This document shows positions 33,109 to 44,400 of a DNA stretch of 64,000 nt, piece after piece (position 1 is the first letter of the stretch; each line of letters starts with the position of its first letter). The stretch lies in the NCBI GenBank assembly GCA_045580715.1, contig JAZNOH010000085.1, forward strand, positions 33,585 to 97,584, in the 5' to 3' direction. The DNA is from Clostridia bacterium (GTDB taxonomy: Bacteria; Bacillota; Clostridia; UBA1381). The notes under the pieces were generated by a model that was not told where the DNA came from, ran no database searches, and worked only from the letters and a program-made list of their open reading frames with translations. The position numbers were made by a program, and so were the translations under genes.

Positions 33109-33594
33109 TCAGGCTTCTATCTTTAGCTGTTCATATTCGTCTTTCTTATTAGTACTTCCAAAACCGCCAACCCTAACATTATCAGTGTTGCCATTGTCTG
33201 CAACCAAGAAGTTAAAGAACGCGCCTTGAGCAATTCTATCGCCCCTCTTAATTGTCTGCGTTTCGTTACTAATATTCTTTAAGAAGACGCCAATGTTGCC
33301 ATCATTACCCTCATTAGAATAGTAGTCTGCATCAATCCAACCAGAAGTGTTTGCAAGCATAAACTTACCACCCATAGAGCTTCTAACATTAATAATCAAG
33401 CATTCATTACTCTTCATATAGGCTTTTATATCAGTCCACACTTTTGCGATGGCATTTGGCTCGATTGTGTAATTATCATTTGCATAAAAGTCATATGCCA
33501 TCGCCCTACTTGAACCTCTGGTTGGCAGAGTTATATCACCCACCGTTTTTCTCTTTTCGTCAATTACAACCTCAAATCCTCTAATTTTATTCAT
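33109..33594 (-). CDS. dut: dUTP diphosphatase (trimeric dUTPase)
   Basis: Motifs PTRGSSRAMAYDF, VRSSMG, GWIDADY, RGDRIAQ, VGGFGST. Confidence 0.85.
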   Translation of the reverse strand: MNKIRGFEVVIDEKRKTVGDITLPTRGSSRAMAYDFYANDNYTIEPNAIAKVWTDIKAYMKSNECLIINVRSSMGGKFMLANTSGWIDADYYSNEGNDGNIGVFLKNISNETQTIKRGDRIAQGAFFNFLVADNGNTDNVRVGGFGSTNKKDEYEQLKIEA

Positions 33595-33595
33595 T

Positions 33596-34162
33596 TTATT
33601 TCCTCGCTATTTTTATTAATTGATTTATACTTATTGACCCTATTGAATTACCTAAAACAATACATAAAAATTTTAGCAAATGGTCTAAATTAAAATTTAA
33701 AAATAAATATGGAAAATCTGCTATGCAATGTTCGTAACCAGACAAGATAAATGTCATAATACAAAATACTGTTATTATTGGTTTTTTACAATAAACCGCA
33801 ACAAACATTAAAACACCACACATTAATCCATATAAAAACAATCCAAAGTATCCATTGGAAAATTTTATGTCTGATACTTCTATTATTCTTTCATAGAATC
33901 CACTTTTCGAAATAGAACAAAAGATTGGAATCATTACACCGATTAAATTGCCAAGTAAAATTATTAATAAATTTTTAATTTCTTTTATCTTAAAGAATCC
34001 AATTTTGCCAGTGTATAGTTTTAAATCACATTCAATAATCACTAATAATGCTATTGAAAATAACATGGAACTTATATATGTATTTTGAACTTGAATCTGT
34101 AATGCAACGCCCAATCCAACTAAAATACCGCTTAATATAGATTGCTTAATAATCATTCCCAT
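33596..34162 (-). CDS. compact formate/nitrite transporter (FNT) family channel-like protein
   Basis: 188 aa and polytopic. FNT hallmarks occur in order: CDLKLYTGK (cf. GAELFTGN), LLGNLIG, LMCGVLMFVAVY, ILSGYEHCIADF (cf. GFEHSIANM), IVLGNSIGS. It overlaps the nrdG stop by 10 nt. Confidence 0.6.
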   Translation of the reverse strand: MGMIIKQSILSGILVGLGVALQIQVQNTYISSMLFSIALLVIIECDLKLYTGKIGFFKIKEIKNLLIILLGNLIGVMIPIFCSISKSGFYERIIEVSDIKFSNGYFGLFLYGLMCGVLMFVAVYCKKPIITVFCIMTFILSGYEHCIADFPYLFLNFNLDHLLKFLCIVLGNSIGSISINQLIKIARK

Positions 34163-34683
34163 AACACTATTTTTCCTTGTTCGAGGGAAGCTTTTACATT
34201 TATCACTCTTTGATTGCTGCTGCCTCTAAATTTCAATGTTAAATTTTTAAGTTCGTCTATGTACTTACCATCAACAAGAATGTCACACAATTCTACAATT
34301 GCCTGTCTATAAACGCTACTTAAATTTAAATTGTCGGTAACGATTGTTGGGAATATCTGCTCTAATGTGTATCCTGTATAAAGCCATATATCTTTTGTAG
34401 GAAACCTTTCTTTAATTTCTCTAATCAACAAATATATAGTTTCCACATTTTCGTCTTCAAGTGGGTGTCCACCAGAAAAGGTAATACCTTGAATGTAGGG
34501 CTTATCTAACGCTTCAAACAACTCCGCTTTGGCAATTTCGTCGAATGGCTTTCCCGAACACAAACTCCATGTTTCTGGATTATGGCACCCCTTGCAATGC
34601 AAGGAGCACCCGCTAACCCAAAGAACCACTCTTATGCCTTCACCATTGGCAATTGATGTCTTTTCTATCTTATGATAATTCAT
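34153..34683 (-). CDS. nrdG: anaerobic ribonucleotide reductase activating protein (radical SAM)
   Basis: CSLHCKGCHN (CX3CX2C) cluster motif. Immediately downstream of nrdD. Confidence 0.9.
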   Translation of the reverse strand: MNYHKIEKTSIANGEGIRVVLWVSGCSLHCKGCHNPETWSLCSGKPFDEIAKAELFEALDKPYIQGITFSGGHPLEDENVETIYLLIREIKERFPTKDIWLYTGYTLEQIFPTIVTDNLNLSSVYRQAIVELCDILVDGKYIDELKNLTLKFRGSSNQRVINVKASLEQGKIVLWE

Positions 34684-36855
34684 TTAATCACCAGCTCCTA
34701 AATGAACATAGCGATTCTTAATTTCTTCTGTGCGCCCCTTATTCCAGAAATTCTCTCCAAGATATCCACAGGTTCTTCTTACTACATTCATCTTGCTCTT
34801 GTCTCTGTTTCCACAATTAGGACAATACCAGTCGAGATTGTCATCAATCATAATCTCTCCGTCATATCCGCATACATGGCAGTAATCAGACTTGGTATTG
34901 ATTTCTGCATACTGAATATTGTCGTAGATATACTGAATTAAAGATAGTACAGCGGGGATATTATTTGTAAGATTAACAGCCTCAACATAAGATATACAGC
35001 CACCACTACTAATTGGATGGAACTGAGATTCAAACTTTAACTTATCGAATGCATTAATGTGTTCTTCAACAAACACATGATAACTATTCGTTAAGAAGTT
35101 TCTATTAGATTCGCCGTCAACTGTGCCCCACCGTCTTACTGTTGCCTGTGCAAACTTCTCTGTAAGACTTTCTGAAGGAGTGCCATAAAGTGCGAAACCA
35201 AGTCCAGTACGCTTCTTCCAATCTAAAACTTTCTTCTTCATATAGGAAACAATTTCAAGAGCTAACTTTTCACCTTCGGGTGTTGTATGTGATACACCAA
35301 GCAAAGCCTTAACACATTCGTACACGCCGATATAGCCAAGTGTAATGGTAGAATAGCCCTCTTGAAGTAAAGGATAAATTGGGGCGTGTTTAGGCAATCT
35401 TGCAATAGCACCGTGCTGCCAATGAATAGGAGATGCATCTGATGTAACATTCTTTAACTTCTCATATCGAAGAAGAAGACTTTCATAACAAAGTTCAAGT
35501 CTTTCATCGAATATCTTCCAAAAGTCCTCAATGCTTCCTTGAGCAGACATACCACAGTCGGCAAGGTTAATAGAGGTAAGACCCATATTAAATCTACCAT
35601 ACCACTTGTATTTGCCTTCTTCATTATTAATATCACCCTTATAAGGCGAGAGCCAAGCTCTACAACCCATACAACCAAATACATTGCCTTCGTAATTCTG
35701 ACGCATATGTTTTGCAGAAATAAAGTCGGGCATCATTCTCTTAGAAACACACTCTGCCGCAAGTTCTGTGATATACCAATACTCACTATCTTCGTGTATG
35801 TTATTCTCGTCAAGAACATAGAGAAGTTTAGGGAATGCAGGTGTAACCCATACGCCAACTTCATTCTTCATACCTTTAATACGCTGACGAATAAATTCTT
35901 CGATAATCATAGCGGTTTCCTTCTCATATTCGGAGTTTTCACCGATATACATAAATACGGAAAGGAAGGGTGACTGTCCGTTGCTGGTCTGGAGTGTATT
36001 TATCTGATATTGGAATGTCTGTACACCATCACGAACCTCTTTGGCAAGACGCTTTGCAACCACCGATTCAATTGCGTCAGCAGTTATAAGATTTTCATCC
36101 CAAAGTTCATGAGCTTCTTCCTCTACTTCTTTTCTGATTATCTCTTCGCTAATTCTTACAAAAGGTGCAAGATGCGAAAGAGTGATAGTTTGACCACCAA
36201 ACTGAGCTGACGCAACCTGTGCAATAATCTGTGTAGCAATGGTACAAGCAGTTCGGAAACTATGAGGTTTTTCAATCATCTTTCCATTGATGACCGTACC
36301 ATTCTGAAGCATATCTTCAAGATTAACAAGACAACAATTGAAACTGTGATTTAGATAATGCCCAAGGTCGTGAATATGAATAATGCCATCTTGGTGAGCC
36401 TGAGCAATATGAGGAGGCAGCATCATTCTAAGAGAAATATCCTTAGAAACTTCTTCGGCTACCAAGTCTCTACAAGTAGAAATCAAAGCTTCATTTTTAT
36501 TTGAGTTCTCAGATAAAGACGCTTTATTAGTGCCGTCAATAATGCCTAGCACTTTGTTGTCAATGGTGTTGTGCTGCCTCTGATATTCTCTTACTGCTCG
36601 ATAATCTTCGTATGCCTTGGCAGTAAGTCTTTGCTTTTTGGAAATAAGCTTATTGTACACCAGCGCTTCGATATCAGATATTGATACTTGCTCAACATCC
36701 CTCAATTCCATTTCGATTTCGTTGGCGATATCATTTGCGATTTTCTCTTTTTCGATGCCGCTACCGTGCTTCATAGCCTTGAGAATTGCTATGCTAATTT
36801 TATCTTTGTTAAACGACACAATATGACCGTCTCTTTTTACAACTGTATTAGCCAT
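34684..36855 (-). CDS. nrdD: anaerobic ribonucleoside-triphosphate reductase (class III)
   Basis: N-terminal ATP-cone (VVKRDGHIVSFNKDKI), C-terminal Zn motif CHVCG...CPNCG and glycyl-radical motif RRTCGYLG. Confidence 0.92.
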   Translation of the reverse strand: MANTVVKRDGHIVSFNKDKISIAILKAMKHGSGIEKEKIANDIANEIEMELRDVEQVSISDIEALVYNKLISKKQRLTAKAYEDYRAVREYQRQHNTIDNKVLGIIDGTNKASLSENSNKNEALISTCRDLVAEEVSKDISLRMMLPPHIAQAHQDGIIHIHDLGHYLNHSFNCCLVNLEDMLQNGTVINGKMIEKPHSFRTACTIATQIIAQVASAQFGGQTITLSHLAPFVRISEEIIRKEVEEEAHELWDENLITADAIESVVAKRLAKEVRDGVQTFQYQINTLQTSNGQSPFLSVFMYIGENSEYEKETAMIIEEFIRQRIKGMKNEVGVWVTPAFPKLLYVLDENNIHEDSEYWYITELAAECVSKRMMPDFISAKHMRQNYEGNVFGCMGCRAWLSPYKGDINNEEGKYKWYGRFNMGLTSINLADCGMSAQGSIEDFWKIFDERLELCYESLLLRYEKLKNVTSDASPIHWQHGAIARLPKHAPIYPLLQEGYSTITLGYIGVYECVKALLGVSHTTPEGEKLALEIVSYMKKKVLDWKKRTGLGFALYGTPSESLTEKFAQATVRRWGTVDGESNRNFLTNSYHVFVEEHINAFDKLKFESQFHPISSGGCISYVEAVNLTNNIPAVLSLIQYIYDNIQYAEINTKSDYCHVCGYDGEIMIDDNLDWYCPNCGNRDKSKMNVVRRTCGYLGENFWNKGRTEEIKNRYVHLGAGD

Positions 36856-36880
36856 ATCTATATCCTTTCTTTATATATAT

Positions 36881-38848
36881 TTATGAGTTTAACATTCTAA
36901 TCAATTCTTCTTCGTCTATGATAGGAATGTTTAACTCTTTTGCCTTCTTGTTCTTACCGCTTGTAGATGTAATATCATTATTTACAAGATAAGAAGTCTT
37001 CGCTGAAACTGAACCACTTACCTTGCCACCAGCAGCCTCTATCCTTTCTTTTGCTTCGTCTCTATTGGCAAAATGATTAAGAGAGCCAGTAATAACAAAG
37101 GTCAATCCAAATAGATTGTTGGAAGTTACGACTTCTTCGATTGTCTCAAACTCCAACTCTTTTGCGAGTTCTCTTATTTCACCGATATGATTGCGAATAA
37201 ATTCATTAATTTTTTCTGCTGTTTGGGAACCGATTCCATCAAGTTCCTCCCAGTCAAAATCGGAAGACCTTATAACGAAACTATGAAAATCTTCAAAGCG
37301 TGAAGCAATTGTTTTTGCGGTACTGCGTCCTACATCTGGAATACTTAATGCATAAATAAACCTGTCAAGCGTGGTGTTTCTACTATTTTCAATAGCATCA
37401 AGCAACTTATTAACGGACTTCTCACCAAAACCCTCTATATTCATCATTTCATAATAGTGGGGTTTGAGATTATAAATATCTTTAAAAGAAGAAAGCCAAC
37501 CAAGTTCAATGAACTTTTCTATTGTTGCTTCGCTCATTCCTTCTATATCCATTGCATTTTTAGAAACAAAATGAGTTAACCTACCAAGCAGCTTACCCTT
37601 GCAATTGTCATTGGTACACATAAGAACTTTCGAATCGTTGTCTTGCTTAATCTCCGTATCACCGCCACAAATGGGGCAAGTAGACGGAATAAAGATATGG
37701 TCGCGCTCTTTGCCCAATGCCGTTCTCTCATCGGCTGAAACATTTCTTTTTACTTGAGGAATAATCTGGTTTGCCTTATAGACTTCGATAATATCACCCT
37801 TATGCAAATCCAAACTTGTTAGAATAGAAATGTTATGAACAGATGCTCTCTCAACAGTTGAGCCGTCTATGTCTACTGGTTTGAATACGGCAGTAGGAGT
37901 AATCTGCCCAGACTTGCCTATTGTCCAATCTATATCAATCAACTCAGTTTCATACACATCGTCTTTAGCCTTATAAGCGATGCCATTCTTAAAGTGGTGG
38001 CTTGTAGCACCAAGAGACTTGCCGTATTCTATGTCGTTAAACTTAAATACGATGCCATCACAAGGCAGTCCATCTTCTTCTGCATAGTCAAATACATAAT
38101 CAATTGTATTCTGCAGCTTCTTGGGGTCTAAATTAACAGCAGACCAAAACGGCACGACATCAAAGCCTAAACCTTTTGCCCCATTTAAATTATCTTTGAG
38201 GCTATTGCCGCCGCCCTCAATAACATCCCAAGCTATAAATCTCAACTTTCTCTTTGTTACCAAAGATGTGTCAAGAACGGCAAGTGTACCAGCGGCTAAA
38301 TTACGGCTATTTTTAAACTCACCATTCTTATTGATTTCGGCAAAATCTTCATCAGTAATAATTGCTTCGCCATCCACAATATAAGTTCCTTCCTTATTAA
38401 TCTTTAAAGGAACATTCTTAAACTGTTTAACATGCTCGGTAATGTCGGAACCTATATAGCCATTGCCTCTAGTTTCCGCACTTGCAAGAATGCCGTCTTT
38501 GTAGGTCAGAGAACAAGTTAAGCCGTCAAGCTTAATGCTTGCTATCAGCTCCTTATTATTGGCAAACTTAACAAGCTCTTCAACAGTATGACACTTCTCA
38601 AGACTAAGCATGGGATGAGAGTGTGCTATTTCATTAAGCTCGGTCAATACCTTTGCACCTACATTATGAGTAGGGGAATTCGCCAATACAAAACCAGTTT
38701 CTTCTTCTAACTGTCTTAAATCTTCAAGTCTTGCATCGAATTGTTCATCTGACATAATGGGTGTACCAGTGTTGTAATAAGCATTGGCGGCTTCATTAAG
38801 AATTGAAACCATACCCTTCATCATATCTAATTCAATCTGATTTATCAT
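36881..38848 (-). CDS. ligA: NAD-dependent DNA ligase
   Basis: Adenylation motif IKLDGLT, Zn finger CPICGG...C.N..CKG, HhH repeats and a C-terminal BRCT-like segment (FVITGSL). Confidence 0.9.
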   Translation of the reverse strand: MINQIELDMMKGMVSILNEAANAYYNTGTPIMSDEQFDARLEDLRQLEEETGFVLANSPTHNVGAKVLTELNEIAHSHPMLSLEKCHTVEELVKFANNKELIASIKLDGLTCSLTYKDGILASAETRGNGYIGSDITEHVKQFKNVPLKINKEGTYIVDGEAIITDEDFAEINKNGEFKNSRNLAAGTLAVLDTSLVTKRKLRFIAWDVIEGGGNSLKDNLNGAKGLGFDVVPFWSAVNLDPKKLQNTIDYVFDYAEEDGLPCDGIVFKFNDIEYGKSLGATSHHFKNGIAYKAKDDVYETELIDIDWTIGKSGQITPTAVFKPVDIDGSTVERASVHNISILTSLDLHKGDIIEVYKANQIIPQVKRNVSADERTALGKERDHIFIPSTCPICGGDTEIKQDNDSKVLMCTNDNCKGKLLGRLTHFVSKNAMDIEGMSEATIEKFIELGWLSSFKDIYNLKPHYYEMMNIEGFGEKSVNKLLDAIENSRNTTLDRFIYALSIPDVGRSTAKTIASRFEDFHSFVIRSSDFDWEELDGIGSQTAEKINEFIRNHIGEIRELAKELEFETIEEVVTSNNLFGLTFVITGSLNHFANRDEAKERIEAAGGKVSGSVSAKTSYLVNNDITSTSGKNKKAKELNIPIIDEEELIRMLNS

Positions 38849-38856
38849 CTTTCACC

Positions 38857-39054
38857 TCAAAACATAACTAAATTTTCTCGGATTAAATAGTCGTCGCACT
38901 TAGAGAAATTTACATTGGTCTGCTTGGTGCAATATTCAATGTCCTTTTCGGTGCAATAGTCATCTTCGGGAATGTAAAACTGACAGGTGCGGCACTTAAT
39001 CTTGCACTTGCCCCCCTTCTTGTTCGACTTCTTCTGAGTCTTCTTATCGCTCAT
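38857..39054 (-). CDS. small Cys-rich protein
   Basis: 65-aa ORF (CKIKCRTCQFY...C..C). First gene downstream of promoter P2. Confidence 0.55.
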   Translation of the reverse strand: MSDKKTQKKSNKKGGKCKIKCRTCQFYIPEDDYCTEKDIEYCTKQTNVNFSKCDDYLIRENLVMF

Positions 39055-39094
39055 TTTTCTTTTGCCTTTCTTAATATTTTTATAACTTTATTTG

Positions 39095-39125
39095 TTAGGG
39101 CTTCTAAAATTTTTAGAAACCCTAA
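39095..39125. promoter_or_regulatory. 31-nt near-perfect palindrome in the leader downstream of promoter P2
   Basis: TTAGGGCTTCTAAAA-t-TTTTAGAAACCCTAA (14 of 15 arm positions pair). It starts about 8 nt after the predicted TSS. Confidence 0.55.
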
Positions 39126-39139
39126 ATTGTTACGGTAAT

Positions 39140-39168
39140 ATTATACACAATCAAAATTGATTTGTCAA
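39140..39168 (-). promoter_or_regulatory. consensus SigA-type promoter P2
   Basis: Minus strand TTGACA-17 nt-TATAAT. The same flanking A/T-tract element as P1. It overlaps the 3-prime end of the helicase gene. Confidence 0.8.
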
Positions 39169-39174
39169 TAGGTT

Positions 39175-41430
39175 TTATAAATTTTTTAAAAGTTTTTGCA
39201 TAAATGTATGGCGAGTCAAATTTGCTTTCTTCTTAACAGCCTGATTTACACTCTGCAAACTTCCCAAATGATATAACTTTTCTTTCATTCGTGTAAGTCC
39301 AACATACAGAAGATTGGAATTTAACATAAAGATGTGACTCTGCGGAGAACATAAAATTACCGTTTTAAAGCCTCCACCCTGCGATTTATGAATTGAGATG
39401 GCATACCCCAGCTTAACCATATTCATATCGTTTCTATAATACTTAACACGAACACCATTGAAATCGGCAATTACATATGTATTGCAAATCTCTTTTATAA
39501 TGGCGGTTTCTCCATTGGCTACAAATGCAGTCTCTGGTTCGTCGTCTAAGCCAAAATACATATCGTCAACGCCTTTTTCGTCCCTTGCTAACTCTGCGTT
39601 GTAATTGTTAACCGTCTGAAGTATTAAATCACCTTCATAATAAGTAGTATCTCCTACCTTCATATTAACTTCGCTACCATAATTGGGGTTGGCAACTCTC
39701 TGAATCATATTATTTAAAGCCACAGAACCACAATCGCCAACATTCTTTGCCGTTAATACTTGGATATCTTCAATGCTGCTACCATTGTCCAACAACTTTT
39801 TATACAAAGCCACCACATTTCTTGGAATTAATTCGGAAGCCAAATCAATAAACATATAGTCTTGATTGTCGCCAAATACAGTTGCCTTAGACTTCATATC
39901 ATTTGTTAAGTACGACTGACAACATCTCGTATCGGTTGCCACCCTCATCAGACCTCCGCTTGAATATCTAAAAATCTTATTCAAAGTAACAGTGGGGATT
40001 ATGTTTGCTTCCATAAAGTCGTGAAGCAAATTGCCACATGATACAGACGGCAACTGTGCATTATCGCCAATCATAAGCAACTTTGTACACTTGAAATCAA
40101 TTGCGTCAAGCAGCTTTTTGAATAGCCAAATATCAACCATACTAAACTCATCAACAATCACAATATCACAAAATAACTTGTGTTCTTCGTTGTATGTCCA
40201 AGTGTTAGGCGGAATATAACCAAGCCCCCTGTGGATGGTAGAAGCATCTTCTTTGGTGTTCTCGTGTAAAACCTTCGCTGCTCTTCCTGTGGGTGAAAAT
40301 AGTCTAAAGGATTTATTATTATTCTTCAACATATTAATAATTCCTTTGGTTGAATAGGTTTTACCAGAACCAGCAAAACCATTTAGAATGGCAATGTTGT
40401 TTTTGCACACTACATCAAGAATTTTTATCTGTTCGTCCGACAGTTCGAATTCGCCAACTCGCCTATACTTTTCAACATCATAATCCCATACATTGTTTGC
40501 ATTATGAACATTGGCAAGAATTGTATCTGCAATGTACTTTTCAGTTTCGTATGTTTTACGAAGGGCAACCGTCATATCTTCTTTATTGTAATAAATGTTG
40601 TCATCTTTGATAACATTTACAAAGTGGTCGGCACAGGCAGCCACCGTTCTAAGGCACTGCTGTCTAAGGTCAGCCAAGTTCATATTGGTATGTCCTTCGT
40701 TCTCGTTCTCTTCCAACAGATATAAAATACAGGACAGACAACGGTCTGGCGAAGTTTTAACATCATAACCAAAGTCGATTATATTTTCTTTTTGTAACTG
40801 AAGAATAATACTATCTGCGGTCTTGAAACCAATGCCAGAAATTCTAGTTAATGTGGTATAGGGTTCGCTCTTTAACTTCTCTTTAAGTTTGTCAATGGAA
40901 GAATATTTATCATAAATTTTCTTAATCATATTCATTGACAAAACATTTTTAAATTCGATTACCAAATCCATCAAAGCAAAGTTGGTAATTATTTTATCCT
41001 TAATAATCGCAAATGTCTTTTCGCCTATACCTTTAAGTTTAGAAAGGTCTATATCGTCTAGGTCGTTATCTTTAACCTTCTGAATAATATTGGGGTAATG
41101 CTCTACTAAAACACTTGCTTGATTATATGTGAGGATTTCAGAGAGAAAGGCGTATGTGCCTGCAGTAGTGGTTGGTACATCACGCTTGATGTTAATAACC
41201 TTATAACTTATTCCGTACTTATTAGTTTGTTCTTCGGCTGTAATTTCGTATTCGACTCCCAATGTCAGGTCACTCAGCTCTCCTAAAATACTGACATTGC
41301 CATATTTATTTTGTTTAATATCGGGATAGTCTTTTTCGTTAACTTCGACAGCGTATATTTTATAATCTGGCGTGTCATAAGTACATCTAATGATTACCCC
41401 TTTAAATTTAAATTGTTTCACTTCACTCAT
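39175..41430 (-). CDS. RecD-like (SF1) ATP-dependent DNA helicase
   Basis: Walker A GFAGSGKT, Walker B VIVDEFSMVD, HhH motifs GIGEKT / GIGFKT, C-terminal ISIHKSQGGGF. Confidence 0.85.
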   Translation of the reverse strand: MSEVKQFKFKGVIIRCTYDTPDYKIYAVEVNEKDYPDIKQNKYGNVSILGELSDLTLGVEYEITAEEQTNKYGISYKVINIKRDVPTTTAGTYAFLSEILTYNQASVLVEHYPNIIQKVKDNDLDDIDLSKLKGIGEKTFAIIKDKIITNFALMDLVIEFKNVLSMNMIKKIYDKYSSIDKLKEKLKSEPYTTLTRISGIGFKTADSIILQLQKENIIDFGYDVKTSPDRCLSCILYLLEENENEGHTNMNLADLRQQCLRTVAACADHFVNVIKDDNIYYNKEDMTVALRKTYETEKYIADTILANVHNANNVWDYDVEKYRRVGEFELSDEQIKILDVVCKNNIAILNGFAGSGKTYSTKGIINMLKNNNKSFRLFSPTGRAAKVLHENTKEDASTIHRGLGYIPPNTWTYNEEHKLFCDIVIVDEFSMVDIWLFKKLLDAIDFKCTKLLMIGDNAQLPSVSCGNLLHDFMEANIIPTVTLNKIFRYSSGGLMRVATDTRCCQSYLTNDMKSKATVFGDNQDYMFIDLASELIPRNVVALYKKLLDNGSSIEDIQVLTAKNVGDCGSVALNNMIQRVANPNYGSEVNMKVGDTTYYEGDLILQTVNNYNAELARDEKGVDDMYFGLDDEPETAFVANGETAIIKEICNTYVIADFNGVRVKYYRNDMNMVKLGYAISIHKSQGGGFKTVILCSPQSHIFMLNSNLLYVGLTRMKEKLYHLGSLQSVNQAVKKKANLTRHTFMQKLLKNL

Positions 41431-44400
41431 TTTATAACCTCATATTCAGCCATTACAACTCTCATTTCCGTAGAATCTACCCACTTGTCTCCATCTTTAA
41501 TTTTCTTATATTCATATGTGGTCACAGGCATATTGATTATTGAGAACAGCCCAAATGGGTTTCTCTTAAATACTTCAGACCTATTCACCCTTGTATCTAT
41601 TTTTTCGCCATCACTTATTCTATAGAGAGTGCAATATGGGCGAGTTGCACTTTTACTATCGTCAAAACTTGTGACAATATAATAATGTTCAGATATATCC
41701 TTATTAGTATAATTGGCGTATCCAAGAAACTCAACTTCAGAAGAAATCTGCTCTATTATACCAAGAGGCTCATTGTTTATTTGACTACAAAGTTCCTTAA
41801 TCAATCCCTCATTATCAATATCACGATACTGACTTGGCGTTTCTTTGCCAGAATATTTTGTCATAAGATATTCTGTAACTCCCAACTCTTCCATCTTTTT
41901 CTTTGCAATGATTTTTGCATTAGCGAACTTATCATAAATCTCATTCATATTCAAAAGATATTTGTTGTTGCCAAAATCAGAGAAGAAATTAAGTCGAATA
42001 AGAATATCGAGCTGTCTTGAATTTAATGTTGTTTTCTCTTTTATATCCTTTAACAAATCTATAAAAGAACCATATTTATTCTTTGACAGTTCCAATAATT
42101 CATTTGCGATTTGAGCATTACAAAACTTGATGCTGCTAATACCCTTATAGATAGCTCCGTTCTCTTTGTCCATAGTATAAAAACTACCAGACTTGCCAAA
42201 CTTAATTGGCTTGAGTTCGATATTATGTTTTTTAGCATATTGCAATATTTCTAAGCACTTATCTGAATCGCCTTCGTAAATATTTAAAGCCGTTGTAACT
42301 GTTTCTAATTTGTAATAACATCTTAGCCAGCCGACAACATATCCAAGAAAACTATAAGGCGTAGCATGGTTCAGAGAGAAAAGATACGAACTTGCATCAA
42401 TAATAACTTGGATAAAGTTTTCAATAAGTTTATTTGACTCTTCTTCACCAACACCATACTTTTCTTTCATGGTCTTATTAAAACCTTCTTTAATCTTGGG
42501 TATAAACTTATCAGTGCCAGTTTTCTTTGCAAAACCCCTTCGTACAATATCGGCTTCGCCCATTGTATAGCCACAAAAACTATGTAAAAACTCAATGATT
42601 TGCTCCTGATACACCAAATATCCAAGTGTTGGAGCAAGGAATTTATTCAATGCTTCATGTCCGTTATCACGATATTCACCTCTCGACAACTCATCACGAT
42701 AACTTGCGCCAGCAGGTCTAATGGCGCCGTTTGCCATTGACATCAAATCTATATATGAGAAGTTTTCGTTCTCCTTTTTGATTTTGGCAATTGTTTCATC
42801 GCTAAGCAACTGCTTAATATAGTCACCAGCATATGACGACTCAAACTGGAATATCATCGTACAATCGTCTCTAATTTCATCCCAAACCCTTTTATCGTCA
42901 AATGAAATATTGTCGGGTGTAATTCTTGGAATGCCAGCTAAATCACAGGTTTCATTAATCAAACCAACGCAATCAAGACCAAGAACATCCAACTTAACAA
43001 ATTGTAGACCGTCCAATTCTTTCATATTAATTTGAGAAATCATATTCTCATTTGTTTTGGTACTGCATAAGCCGAACCACTCATCTATCGGGAATGGCGA
43101 TACAACAAGACCCGCTGGGTGGTTGCCAACAGAAACAATTGTACCTTTTACAATATCTACATATTTAAATAGCTCTGGATACTTCTTAATATAAAAATCA
43201 TCAATGCAATCTTTTTTGTCTTCGTCTTGATATACTGCGTCGCTAATGGTCTGTGTTTCATCGACACTTAAACCCAATGCTCTACCGACATCTTTGATAG
43301 CACCCTTTAAAGCAATGGTATTAAAGGTGATAATGTCGCAACAATACAATCCTTCTTTATTAAACAAGTATTCTCTTACCTTGTATCTATCTTTCTTGCT
43401 CCAGTCTGTATCAACATCGGCAAGTGAAACCCTCTCCTTATTCATAAATCGCTCGAAATTAAGACCGTATTTAATAGAATCCACTTCTGTAATTCCAAGC
43501 AAATATGCGATTATGCTTCCACTAACCGAACCTCTGGAATAGCCATAACTTACACCTTGTCTTTTTAATTCAGATTTATAGTCTTCTTCAAGTAACAGAA
43601 AGTCAATTGCACCATTGTACTTATAAGTCTCTAATTCATACTGAATTTTCTTTTTATATTCATTAAAGTTATCGTACTTGGCAATGCCCCTATTTTTAAT
43701 GCCTTGTACAATCTTTTCTTTTAAAGCTTTTTCTGAATCGTTGTATAACTTAGGATATTTCTTTGAATAGTCTAATTTGAATTCCTCAATAGAACTTGCC
43801 ATTACATTTGTATTTTCAATGGCTTGTAAGCACACCTCTTCAGACAATGCATTTTGCTTTCTATATGCTTCAACCAATTCGTCATATGTCTTAAAGGTTA
43901 AATCCCAAGACTCCTCATCGGAAAAGAATACATTTTTAGCCTTTTGCAGAATGCTTCTACCCTCTATATGAGTATCATTTAAGCAATGTGTATCAGTTCC
44001 TGCAATAAGTGGTATTCCCGTTTTTTGATGAATTGCATAAAGAATCTTATTATATATGGCTTGGTCTGTACAATTATGATGCTGCACTTCAAGGTAGCAT
44101 CTGTGTTTATTCTTAATTAAGAATTTCAAAAACTCAGTTTTAAGATTGTTGTCGGCTTTATTGATAACTCCGCCAAGACAAGCCGTAGTGACAATAATAT
44201 TATCTGATGTAGTATATAACTCATCAAAACCAATTCGAGGTGCGTAATAGTAATGATAATCATTTCTATTAAAGGAAGCAGAGATTAATTTATTTAACTC
44301 TTTTACACCGTCATAATTCTTGGCGATTAATACACAGTGATAATTATCTCTATGTTTGTTTTCGATATCTTTGTCTGTTGTTAAATAAACCTCGGCGGCG

